From assembly GCA_002718395.1 (NCBI GenBank), contig PBEG01000016.1, positions 1,003 through 65,002 on the forward strand: 64,000 nucleotides of DNA, in the 5' to 3' direction. Shown here in pieces: positions 51,499-60,254 of this stretch. The position numbers and the translations under genes were made by a program. The first letter of the stretch is position 1; each line of letters begins with the position of its first letter. Under the pieces are notes generated by a model. It saw only the letters and a program-made list of their open reading frames with translations. It did not search any database and was not told where the DNA came from. The DNA is from Chloroflexota bacterium (GTDB taxonomy: Bacteria > Chloroflexota > Dehalococcoidia > UBA2979).

Positions 51499-51809
51499 AA
51501 CTCTTTTTTAAGTTTTTTAATCTCTTTTTTGAGTTCATTGTACTCTTCTGAGCGTCTTTTCAGGAAGTTTTTTGTTAGAAGGGCTCTCTCAGATATAGCC
51601 TTAGGAGTTAGAATATATATATAGCTTTTTTTATTATTCGAATCTCTAAAGTTAGATAATTTCAAGAACCCTTTGTCTATAAGGCCCTTAATAATGTAAT
51701 TCGTTTTGCCTAAACTAAGTCCCAACATCGCAGAAATTTCTCTTTGAGTGAGATTTGGATCTTCCTCATATATCCTTAGTACTCTGTATTCATAGTCTTG
51801 ATCATTCAT
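51495..51809 (-). CDS. small MarR-family winged-helix regulator (EPS-associated MarR type)
   Basis: 104 aa. wHTH (LTQREISAMLGLSLGKTNYIIKGLIDKGFL). Coiled C-terminus. Sits at the head of the polysaccharide operon. Confidence 0.6.
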   Translation of the reverse strand: MNDQDYEYRVLRIYEEDPNLTQREISAMLGLSLGKTNYIIKGLIDKGFLKLSNFRDSNNKKSYIYILTPKAISERALLTKNFLKRRSEEYNELKKEIKKLKKEL

Positions 51810-51822
51810 AATTGAAACAATA

Positions 51823-51830
51823 GCTACCGC
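51823..51830 (-). promoter_or_regulatory. ops-like element GCGGTAGC (core of the RfaH recruitment site GGCGGTAGnnTG) in the operon leader, 13 nt upstream of the marR-like start
   Basis: Minus-strand (non-template) reading ctaGCGGTAGCtattg. Lies between the rfaH ortholog and the first gene of the ~48 kb operon. An 8-mer may also occur by chance (~2 expected in the window). Confidence 0.4.
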
Positions 51831-51949
51831 TAGATTTTAGTAGCTAAAACCTTATTATAGTTTAAAATTTTTCTATCTCTGTTCATTTGATGAACAGCTA
51901 CATTATAATAAGATTATTTGTTCATGCAATGAACATAAGTTCAATTAGA

Positions 51950-52498
51950 TTATTTTTTATCTATTAACTTAAATGTTTCACTGCTAATGCTATCTTCAAT
52001 ATGATTAAATGGGATCTCTGTTTTTATATCCTGATTCAATATACTCATTAGTACTAAAACTCTATTTTTACTAGTTTTAGTTAGAAATCTAGCATTTAGA
52101 TTCTTAAATATACTTTTATTGATTTCTACCTTTTCCCCCTTTTTATGTTCTTTCTTGATGTCCTTCAAATGACAAATATCATTATGATCTAAATATGAAC
52201 AAATCTTTTGAATTGCCTCCCTAGGAACAAAAGAAAGTTTATTGCCAAATGTGATTAGATTAGAGACTCCTACAGTGGAGTTTATTTTGTTCCAATCTTC
52301 TTTATATAGATGAACTGAAATAAAAATATATCTAGGAAACATTGGCTTGACTTGAGAAGGATGTGAGTCATTAATGCTACTCTTTGAAATCATTGGAAGA
52401 AGTGTCATAAAACCTTGATTTGTAAGGTTCTTTTGAGCCTCAACTTCACTTCCTGGCTTAGTATATGCGAGTAACCATTTTTTATTCTTATGATCCAA
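51950..52498 (-). CDS. rfaH: NusG-family operon-specific antiterminator, RfaH ortholog
   Basis: NGN domain KKWLLAYTKPGSE..LLPMIS..PMFPRYIFISV and KOW-like KKGEKVEINKSIFKNLNARF align well with E. coli RfaH. Confidence 0.75.
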   Translation of the reverse strand: MDHKNKKWLLAYTKPGSEVEAQKNLTNQGFMTLLPMISKSSINDSHPSQVKPMFPRYIFISVHLYKEDWNKINSTVGVSNLITFGNKLSFVPREAIQKICSYLDHNDICHLKDIKKEHKKGEKVEINKSIFKNLNARFLTKTSKNRVLVLMSILNQDIKTEIPFNHIEDSISSETFKLIDKK

Positions 52499-52553
52499 GA
52501 TGAGTTTATTGACTTAGTTATATCAAAGCTGTAAAAGTTATTAACTTAAGATA

Positions 52554-55415
52554 TTAAAAACTATTTACTGCTGCTGCTGCAAGTGCCATTTGATATATTA
52601 TTTGTGTGACTTCTGTAGTAGCTTGAATACTTGAGAACGGTTGTACCTGTAATGGTATAACAATTGTATCTCCAGGAGCTAGCTGTGACCCCCGTCCTCT
52701 AAAAAACCCTGATGACAACTGTGATGGTGAAACTACACTTCCGTCTGATTTAATCAGATAGAGATTGGCTTCATCAGCAAATGATGTTAATCCTCCACTC
52801 AAGCTAATATAGTCATTAATTCCTAGATCTTTTTTGTATAAGTGTGAATTTGACACAAAAACTTCACCGATGACTGAAATACTTTGAATCTTTTTAGGGA
52901 TATGTAGCTTATCTCCATCTTCAAGAATTATATCATCTATACCTCCTGATAATATTCCATCAAGATCAATAACTAGTCGGCCAAGAACTTCGGTATCATT
53001 GGTGTCTGATGATATTAGAGATGTAAGTTGACTTATAGAATTACTATCAAGAGAGTCTTTGCCTAGACCGCCAGCCTGACTCGATAGCAGTATTTTTCTT
53101 TTCAACTCATCTTGAGCACTTTTTAATCTGTCTTTTTCTGCTTCTTGAATAGCCTCTCTTTGATAGTAAGCTGCATCGATTGATCCAAATTCAGTTACTC
53201 CTCCTGCTCTTCTTATGAGCTCGCCCAATGTTTGATTCTCTGTTATTGGATAAGTACCTGGAAAGAAGACCTCTCCGCTAATTTCAACTGACTGAAAATC
53301 TGTGGCCAACTGTTTTAGTATTACAGTATCCATCTCATTTAACTTAATCTCACTTGCCTCTTTTATAGAAGCAAAGTTATTTTTACTGATAAATTTCTTA
53401 TCTTGTTGATTTATAGTATTAAGCTCAATTTCAGCCTGATAAGTTCCATTCTTGGGTCCTCCAGCCGCTTTGATAGCATCTGACAAGATCATTTGGTTTG
53501 TGAGTGGATATTGACCAGGGAAATGGACATTTCCATAAACTGAAACGAGACTGAGTTTTTCTTTAGTATCATTCCTCTCTATCAAATCTATAATTGGATC
53601 AAGTAACTCTTGCCTACATAAAGATGTAATTGTTTTTGATAACGCCTCGCTTTGATAGTTCTCATTCTGAAGCTCTATCCTTTCTCTCTCCAAAGTTTGC
53701 TGAAGAATTAAGAAATCTTCTGGCGTTGAAAGTTTTTCTAGATCTTCTATAGGAATTGATTTCTTTGGTCTGAATCCAGATTCTTCAATTATCTTAATAG
53801 CCAAATCTTCTGGTAAAGTGCAGTAATCATAAACACTATACTCATAGTATCTCATAATGTCTGATTCTGACATTTCCAAATCTGGTTGGGTTTGTATTTC
53901 ACCAATGCTCATTGTATTTTTCTTATCAAGAGCTAGCTTTTCCTCCATAAGTGATTTTCTAAGATAGGTCAAAGATGTCCATTCGTCCTCAAGAACCATC
54001 ATATTGGAATCCTTATCAAGAACATATCGATCTCGTATCAGCCTAGTTGTGATTTGATCAGGAGTAATAATGGAAGGAAATAGGATAATTTCATCATGAT
54101 CCTTTAGAGTCAAATTTTTACTAGATTCAGGATTGCTAAATAGATCCTCTAAATCTATTTGATGAAACTCAAATAGTTGTGATTTTTTATTTTTTCTTTT
54201 TACTAGGACATAATTCAAATCTGTCATCTCCAGTAAGTCATCTGAATCATTAAAGAGATCCAATAATTTCATTCCACTTTGCCAAGGATAGAATCCAGGT
54301 TCTTGAGCATGTCCAGAAATTAGGACGGCATTTTTAAGATTATTGGGAACAGAAAATACTGAAACAACATCGCCATTCATCATCTCAAAATTTTGACTAT
54401 CTTTTTTATTCATATCGATTGAAAGAAGGTCAAATGAATTATTGATAGTATTTATCCTAGTAATATTTGTTGAAGAGAGGTTTGCTTTTGGTTTTAGATT
54501 TCCAGAATATTTTAGAAGGTGCTCTAAGTTCTCATCATTTTTGAGTTCATATATTCCAGGCTTATTTACCTCTCCTCTTATCGCAACTGTTTTTCCAATT
54601 GGCTCGATGAAAACTACATCGCCTTGCATTAATCTAGAATCATTACTAGTATCTCCATTTAGTAGAAGGTCGTAAAAATCAAATGTTGTAACGACATTAC
54701 CGTTTCTTTTAAGCTTGATATTTCTTAGCGAACCTGCCTTGCCTATACCCCCGCTCTTCATTATTGCATTTGTAAGTGAAGATAAAGCACTTATGCTGAA
54801 CATGCCTGGATTACTGGCTGATCCCAAAACAAAAATATCAATTGCTCTCAGAGTACCCATTGTAACGCTTACTTGTGCACCGATTAGTTGATTAGAAATT
54901 ATATTCTTCAGTAGCTCTTTCAAATCTCCAAAAGTAATGCCAGCAACAAACACTGGTCCAATTTCTGGAAGAAAGATATCACCATCTCTAGTGACTTTAA
55001 GTTCATACTTACTGTTCTTGCTCCCAAAAAGAATTATCTTAATTGTGTCATTTGGTCCAATCATATAATCGGGTGGAACAGGAACATCCTTTAAAGGAGC
55101 AAATGTAGACAGATTGTTTTGAAAGTAACTATATCCGAAATAATCTAGAGGCTCATTTGGTAATCTTACATTAGGGGGGTTAACAAAATTCTTGCCTCCA
55201 GTATATCCATAATCACTATCTGAAAAGTCAATTGTCTCTTGCCTTTTTTCATCGATTTCATCCTCATCATCTGACTCAAAATCGGAAACTTGATCAGCGT
55301 CACTGTTACCTAATCCGCTAGCTAGGTTAGTTAGTATTGATGCCTCCATTTGAGCATAAGAATTCTGTCCTATAATCAAAACTAATAGCAAAATAATTTT
55401 GTAGTTAAGTTTCAT
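52554..55415 (-). CDS. wza: outer-membrane polysaccharide export protein (Wza/OPX family, giant multi-SLBB form, 953 aa)
   Basis: Signal peptide. Poly_export-like region (PPDYMIGPNDTIKIILFG) followed by several soluble-ligand-binding beta-grasp-like repeats. Comparable in size to Vibrio WbfF/OtnA. Confidence 0.75.
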   Translation of the reverse strand: MKLNYKIILLLVLIIGQNSYAQMEASILTNLASGLGNSDADQVSDFESDDEDEIDEKRQETIDFSDSDYGYTGGKNFVNPPNVRLPNEPLDYFGYSYFQNNLSTFAPLKDVPVPPDYMIGPNDTIKIILFGSKNSKYELKVTRDGDIFLPEIGPVFVAGITFGDLKELLKNIISNQLIGAQVSVTMGTLRAIDIFVLGSASNPGMFSISALSSLTNAIMKSGGIGKAGSLRNIKLKRNGNVVTTFDFYDLLLNGDTSNDSRLMQGDVVFIEPIGKTVAIRGEVNKPGIYELKNDENLEHLLKYSGNLKPKANLSSTNITRINTINNSFDLLSIDMNKKDSQNFEMMNGDVVSVFSVPNNLKNAVLISGHAQEPGFYPWQSGMKLLDLFNDSDDLLEMTDLNYVLVKRKNKKSQLFEFHQIDLEDLFSNPESSKNLTLKDHDEIILFPSIITPDQITTRLIRDRYVLDKDSNMMVLEDEWTSLTYLRKSLMEEKLALDKKNTMSIGEIQTQPDLEMSESDIMRYYEYSVYDYCTLPEDLAIKIIEESGFRPKKSIPIEDLEKLSTPEDFLILQQTLERERIELQNENYQSEALSKTITSLCRQELLDPIIDLIERNDTKEKLSLVSVYGNVHFPGQYPLTNQMILSDAIKAAGGPKNGTYQAEIELNTINQQDKKFISKNNFASIKEASEIKLNEMDTVILKQLATDFQSVEISGEVFFPGTYPITENQTLGELIRRAGGVTEFGSIDAAYYQREAIQEAEKDRLKSAQDELKRKILLSSQAGGLGKDSLDSNSISQLTSLISSDTNDTEVLGRLVIDLDGILSGGIDDIILEDGDKLHIPKKIQSISVIGEVFVSNSHLYKKDLGINDYISLSGGLTSFADEANLYLIKSDGSVVSPSQLSSGFFRGRGSQLAPGDTIVIPLQVQPFSSIQATTEVTQIIYQMALAAAAVNSF

Positions 55416-55553
55416 GTAATTATTTCAATAATACTTCTTTTTTTTAAATCAACTTTTTCGAGTGATAGTATCTTATATAAAGAGTATATAAAAACAAATT
55501 TATATTGTAAGAGATACACTTTTTTAGACATATCTGCTATCAAGAGGGACTCT

Positions 55554-57077
55554 TCAAGAGAAGTATTTATTTTTATATTCTTTAAACGTAATTATATCTT
55601 TTTCGAGCATGCATTGTTTCTTTATTGAGCTTTCTGTTTCAATATTTAGTTTTTTCCAATTGGAATTATTCTTTGAATTTAACTCAAGAAATTTTAGTTT
55701 ATTCTTATGAGAAATAGACTCTCCAAGACGAATAAATGATCTTTTTTCTATGAGTGATTCTAAGATCATAGCTGAGGGAGTTAAAGAAGGGTCATTGATT
55801 CTTGCTCTCATAAGCTCAATATTTTCAGAGTGTCCAATTTCTTTGTGGTTATCCAAAAAATTAGCTATTGGAAGCATTTCATCAAGAATTTCATTTGCCC
55901 AATCTGTTAAAGAAATATTCTTATCATTTCTTACTAATTTCAAATTTGGCTTCCTGCCCATCTTTGCAACTTTGATATCATTTTTAAATATCTGTTTTTC
56001 TTCTATTTTATTGATGGGATCACTTTCCTTTACGAACGCATAGAGCATGAAGATCTCTAGAAAAATTATAGTCTCTTCACTAATCCCAATTGGAGAATAT
56101 GGATCCAGATCCAGTGACCTTAATTCAATGAAATCAACACCGCCATTCAATAACTTCTTTGCAAAACGAACATCTGATTTATCTATACTCTTAGCTCTAG
56201 CAGCGGCATAGTACTCATCTTCTATTTGTAATTGGTTAGCATTAATTTGAGAGAGCGTATCCCCTGTTTCATCAAAAATCTTTGAAAATGAATCGCTTTT
56301 TTGATTAGTTGCTTTTAACAGATCAGTGGTATATGAATTCAATGAATTTGTTGAAATATTAATTTTCGCCCTCGATAAATTTTGATACCCATACTCACTC
56401 ATCCTGATTGAAGTTCCGTATGGGGAAAATAAAGTGTTTTTATCTAACTTGACAAAATCATCATTTAAACCTGATAAAAAATCTTTAGTTATTGAAGGAG
56501 AACAACCAAATAAATAGAGAATTAGCCAATTCATTCTTAGAACATTTCTAAGAATAGAGAAATAATTCTCAGATCTTAATTCAAGAGATTCTCTTTCATG
56601 ATTTTTAAATATAGAGCTTGTCCAAATTTTTCTTGGTAATGAATAATTAAAGTGGACACCGGAAATAGTTTGCATTAATCGGCCATATCTATGAGATAAA
56701 CCTTTTCGATACACATGCTTAAAGAGTCCTTTGCTTGAAGTTCCAAATTTTGCAATAGGTATGCCGCCCTTACCTATATAAAATGGCATACTAAAAGGCC
56801 AGAGCATTTCGTCATCAACACTAGAGTAAAAAAAATGATGAATATCTAAAAGAAAATTAAGTGCTTTTCTTTTGTCAGAAAAAGGTGGTGTAATGAATTC
56901 TAGTTGAGCCTCAGAGAAATCAGTTGTTATATAACTATTACATAATGAGGAGCCTAATGATTTTGGATGGGGTTCTTGTGAAATCTTTGAATTCAAATAT
57001 CTTAAGCTTTCTTTTTCAATTCCTACTTCTGAGCACTTTATATATGGCTCTATCTCAGATAATAGTTCCTGTTTCAT
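55554..57077 (-). CDS. gshA: glutamate--cysteine ligase (E. coli type)
   Basis: LGSSLCNSYITTDFSEAQLEFITP, YGRLMQTISGVHFNYSLP, VDFIELRSLDLDPYSPIGI colinear with E. coli GshA. 507 aa. Confidence 0.9.
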   Translation of the reverse strand: MKQELLSEIEPYIKCSEVGIEKESLRYLNSKISQEPHPKSLGSSLCNSYITTDFSEAQLEFITPPFSDKRKALNFLLDIHHFFYSSVDDEMLWPFSMPFYIGKGGIPIAKFGTSSKGLFKHVYRKGLSHRYGRLMQTISGVHFNYSLPRKIWTSSIFKNHERESLELRSENYFSILRNVLRMNWLILYLFGCSPSITKDFLSGLNDDFVKLDKNTLFSPYGTSIRMSEYGYQNLSRAKINISTNSLNSYTTDLLKATNQKSDSFSKIFDETGDTLSQINANQLQIEDEYYAAARAKSIDKSDVRFAKKLLNGGVDFIELRSLDLDPYSPIGISEETIIFLEIFMLYAFVKESDPINKIEEKQIFKNDIKVAKMGRKPNLKLVRNDKNISLTDWANEILDEMLPIANFLDNHKEIGHSENIELMRARINDPSLTPSAMILESLIEKRSFIRLGESISHKNKLKFLELNSKNNSNWKKLNIETESSIKKQCMLEKDIITFKEYKNKYFS

Positions 57078-57113
57078 ATTCTCTGTTTCATTATTTAAAA
57101 TTGACCCAAGTAT

Positions 57114-59309
57114 TTAAATACTCTCTCTTGGTGATGTACTAAATCCATTGAAAATCTTTTTGATGGACCATGATTTTTGGCTAATAATATCTAATTCATC
57201 TGAAGCATCGGTTACTAGGTTATATAAGCCTCCCCCTGACTCAACTTTTGTGCCAGCATCTTTTGTGAGAGGGCTCCAAGAATATCCTGTTTTTTGTCTA
57301 GTAGAAGAACTTATAAAAAATAAGTCCATTGGCATCTCAAAATAGATCCATTTATTAAAACTACCTTCTCCGACACACTGAGAATCACAATCAGTTAATG
57401 CTACTATTGCTCCAACCCTTGCGCCTGTATCAAATCTTCTGGATATATCTATATGTGCGCCAACATCTTTACCTAGAAATTTACCCATACTTATTTTTAG
57501 GCGTGTATCGTAAAAAGGAATGTCACGGTAATAAGACAGAAATCCCGTTACAGTCTCATAATCCTGAAAACCAAACCTCTGATCAAAGTCTCTTTGCTTT
57601 ACCCAGAAAGCCTCTAAACCTAATGCCCATCTTCTATTATCTGGTAAATATAAAACCTCTCCTCCATATCCTCCATACATCCATTCGAGATAACCAGCAG
57701 AGAGCTTAGCTTTTATGTTTGTGCTTAATCCAAATACATAATCAATAGCCATTCTTCTTAATCCTGACTCACCCTCAGTTAAATATAATCTTCTGTTTTG
57801 CCTGACATGATAAAGCTCTCCATCCGGAACATGATATGTATAGTCTCTATAGTTATTTGCGATATCAATTCCAATATCAGTCGTAAATGTCAATCCTTTC
57901 TTAATTGCATATTCAGTGTGAATTAGGGCCTCAAGCTGCCAGAAGTAAAACTTTTCTTGGTGTTGAAGTGTACCTAGAGCATGAGGCTTTATTTCCCAGG
58001 AAAAATTTGGGTATAAAAAATCATTTTTAATAACAGTTACGTCATTCTCGAGTGGTCTATAGATATCATAAGAAAACATTTCTTCTTCTAGAGGCTGATC
58101 TCTAACAATTCTTTTAATATCTCCTTTTCTTATGGTTGACCTTATTGTTTCAATACCCTGATCAATATTTATAATTGTTATATGTTCAATATTTTTTGGA
58201 GCATTACTTGCCAAAACTCTACTAGCCAAGTCAAGAGCTTGGGATGTCTTGCTGAATCTTCCCTGGCTTATCTCGGCTGCTAACTCATCCCCATTGAAAA
58301 AAATATTATGTGTTACAAAACCAACATTTGCCATCTCTCGAAATATCCTGTTAGTAAGAAATTTCTTCCAGTTATCATTTGTGGTGCTGTAGTTATCAAT
58401 ATTCGTATTTCTTAGTATTTCTGGCCCTAAAACTATGCTTGGGCGTCCTTTAAAATTAAGATTCGAATGTACAGATGCATTCAAGTAAATGGTGTTACCT
58501 CTAACATATCCTAGTGATAAATCTAATTTATCTCTATCACCTAGATTCATTCTGTAATTGAATGAATAATTAAATCTAGAGTCTAGTTGAAATTTATCCC
58601 CCGTTTCATCAAACCTTTTTTCAAGACCGATTATTCTTGAATAATTTGAAGAATCATATTCTAGCTTAAATGTGAAATTATCAATTGGGCTCAGATACTC
58701 TAAACCACCAAAAAATGCTGCGTCGCCTGAGAATAATCTGCCAAAGCTAACAAGACCGCCTAGAGTTCCTTTCTCGCCGCCTCTAATTTTTTTTGATTCA
58801 ATGAAATGCCCCAAAGGATTATTGAATGTATTTTTACCTGCAAGTCTCCCCCAACCCAAACCAAAGCTCAAATCAAAATTATTGATTTTCTTAGACCCTA
58901 CGATATATTCGCTTGCATATGCTCCTGTACCACCAAAATCAGTTATCCCCATTGCTATCTGGGGGAAATTATCTCTTTCTTTAAGTAACAAAAAACGAAA
59001 ATCAATACCTTTATCTTTCCATGTTTGCTGACTACCTTTCATGTAAGGCCTAGAGGTACCCTCGGTATATTTGAGCGTTGCTTCCATCCAGGGGAATATC
59101 TGGACTGATGAGTAGAGACGGTTATAAACTTCTTCTGAAGAGATTCCAAAAACAAACTCTCCATCATCTAAGAATCTGGCTGAGGGAGTTTCAATTAAAC
59201 CTATGCCACCATATGTCGATTGGAAATAAGGTGAACTATAATCATCTGCATACACCGTAATTGAAACGATGCAGCTAAAAAATATTAATAATGAAATTTT
59301 CTTAAGCAT
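57114..59309 (-). CDS. YjbH/GfcD-family outer-membrane beta-barrel protein (exopolysaccharide/group-4-capsule assembly)
   Basis: Signal peptide. YGGIGLIETPSARF..YSSVQIFPWMEATLKYTE..GITDFGGTGAYASEYIVGSK..FDLSFGLGWGRL and C-terminal PMDLFF..SWSPLTKDAG align with E. coli YjbH. Confidence 0.8.
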   Translation of the reverse strand: MLKKISLLIFFSCIVSITVYADDYSSPYFQSTYGGIGLIETPSARFLDDGEFVFGISSEEVYNRLYSSVQIFPWMEATLKYTEGTSRPYMKGSQQTWKDKGIDFRFLLLKERDNFPQIAMGITDFGGTGAYASEYIVGSKKINNFDLSFGLGWGRLAGKNTFNNPLGHFIESKKIRGGEKGTLGGLVSFGRLFSGDAAFFGGLEYLSPIDNFTFKLEYDSSNYSRIIGLEKRFDETGDKFQLDSRFNYSFNYRMNLGDRDKLDLSLGYVRGNTIYLNASVHSNLNFKGRPSIVLGPEILRNTNIDNYSTTNDNWKKFLTNRIFREMANVGFVTHNIFFNGDELAAEISQGRFSKTSQALDLASRVLASNAPKNIEHITIINIDQGIETIRSTIRKGDIKRIVRDQPLEEEMFSYDIYRPLENDVTVIKNDFLYPNFSWEIKPHALGTLQHQEKFYFWQLEALIHTEYAIKKGLTFTTDIGIDIANNYRDYTYHVPDGELYHVRQNRRLYLTEGESGLRRMAIDYVFGLSTNIKAKLSAGYLEWMYGGYGGEVLYLPDNRRWALGLEAFWVKQRDFDQRFGFQDYETVTGFLSYYRDIPFYDTRLKISMGKFLGKDVGAHIDISRRFDTGARVGAIVALTDCDSQCVGEGSFNKWIYFEMPMDLFFISSSTRQKTGYSWSPLTKDAGTKVESGGGLYNLVTDASDELDIISQKSWSIKKIFNGFSTSPRESI

Positions 59310-59460
59310 ATCTAATTTTAGTCAACTATAAATAATCTCACACAGTCTATAAGTTATATTAACGTTTTTAGAAGTGTCTAGATGATATTTAGTAACTAAT
59401 ACTTACCCAAATGTCTCAACTAAGGAGAAATCTTGGGCAAGTACCTAAGTAAGATATTGT

Positions 59461-60045
59461 CTAGTTACTTGACGAAGTAGTTGTACTACTAGTTGTGGTA
59501 GTAGTCGTAGTTACACCCGTTGTTGTTGTTGCTGCTGCTGATGTAGTTGTAGTAACTGGATCAGTTGTAGTAGCTGTTGTAGTTGTTGTAACTGGATCAG
59601 TTGTAGTAGCTGTTGTACTACTAGTAGTTGTTGTAGTTGCTGGCGTCGGTGTCGGCGTCGGCGTCGGTGTAGGTGTCGGCGTCGGTGTAGGTGTAGGTGT
59701 AGGTGTCGGCGTCGGTGTAGGTGTAGGTGTAGGTGTAGGTGTTACAGGATCATTGCCAGATGGGGTAGTGTATTCCGAAGAACCGCCACTAAAAAGTCCT
59801 AAAATTGCTCCAGTAATCGCAACCCAGACTCCAGCTCCAGCCACACCAGCTGCACCAGCTGATGATGAGCCGCCAGCTGCTTCTGCTGCTTCTGCTGCTT
59901 CTGCTGCTTCTGCTGCTTCTGCATTAGGATCTTCAAATTCCCCAGCTCCTTCTTCACCCTCTGATGCAATAGACTTAAAGCTTGCGCCAGATAGGACAAG
60001 AGTTAACATTGAGAAGTATGTACCGAGTTTTTTCAATAATTTCAT
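59461..60045 (-). CDS. YjbE/GfcA-like secreted Thr/Pro/Ala-rich low-complexity protein
   Basis: Signal peptide, (AEA)n block, Gly/Ala hydrophobic segment, (TP)17 linker, poly-Thr tail. Immediately upstream of the yjbH-like gene, as gfcA/yjbE is in E. coli. Confidence 0.6.
   Translation of the reverse strand: MKLLKKLGTYFSMLTLVLSGASFKSIASEGEEGAGEFEDPNAEAAEAAEAAEAAEAAGGSSSAGAAGVAGAGVWVAITGAILGLFSGGSSEYTTPSGNDPVTPTPTPTPTPTPTPTPTPTPTPTPTPTPTPTPTPATTTTTSSTTATTTDPVTTTTTATTTDPVTTTTSAAATTTTGVTTTTTTTSSTTTSSSN
59552..59617. repeat. 36-bp direct duplication (gtaactggatcagttgtagtagctgttgta ...) encoding a repeated TATTTDPVTTTT unit
   Basis: Two near-identical copies at 59552..59581 and 59588..59617. Confidence 0.8.
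59642..59743. repeat. hexanucleotide tandem repeat (GGTGTC/GGCGTC/GGTGTA)x~17, encoding (Thr-Pro)n on the minus strand
   Basis: Directly visible: ggcgtcggtgtcggcgtcggcgtcggtgtaggtgtcggcgtcggtgtaggtgtaggtgtagg... Confidence 0.9.
59877..59923. repeat. 9-bp tandem repeat (GCTGCTTCT)x5 encoding (Ala-Glu-Ala)n on the minus strand
   Basis: gctgcttctgctgcttctgctgcttctgctgcttctgctgcttctgca. Confidence 0.9.
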
Positions 60046-60254
60046 CTGTGATGATCCTTTAAATTAGTTTGTATTTTAATCTACCCACCCCAGGTTTTCA
60101 TATACCTAAGGTGTAAGTTTTAATCAATTAGCATTGTTTGTAAACAACATTTTCACTTTTTTGCATAAAGTTACATGTGTTAGTTGAAGAGGATTATAGT
60201 TGAAACTAAAAGTATTAAATACCCTTTTATTGAGTTATTTTTTTAGCCATAAAA

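Noticed and set aside
59310-59460. Possible missing yjbF/yjbG genes or an RNA gene in the gap between the yjbE-like and yjbH-like genes
   Set aside because: Only 151 bp, AT-rich, no ORF and no stem-rich structure suggestive of a tRNA or sRNA. Treated as a plain intergenic spacer.
59495-60067. 190-aa plus-strand ORF full of Val/Gly repeats
   Set aside because: Antisense shadow of the repeat region of the minus-strand YjbE-like gene. The low-complexity repeat DNA keeps both strands open. The minus-strand product has a signal peptide and a conserved neighbourhood.
60086-60094. ctacccacc (minus-strand GGTGGGTAG) upstream of the yjbE-like gene, superficially ops-like
   Set aside because: Has an extra G relative to GGCGGTAG and does not match the ops core register. 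Likely chance.
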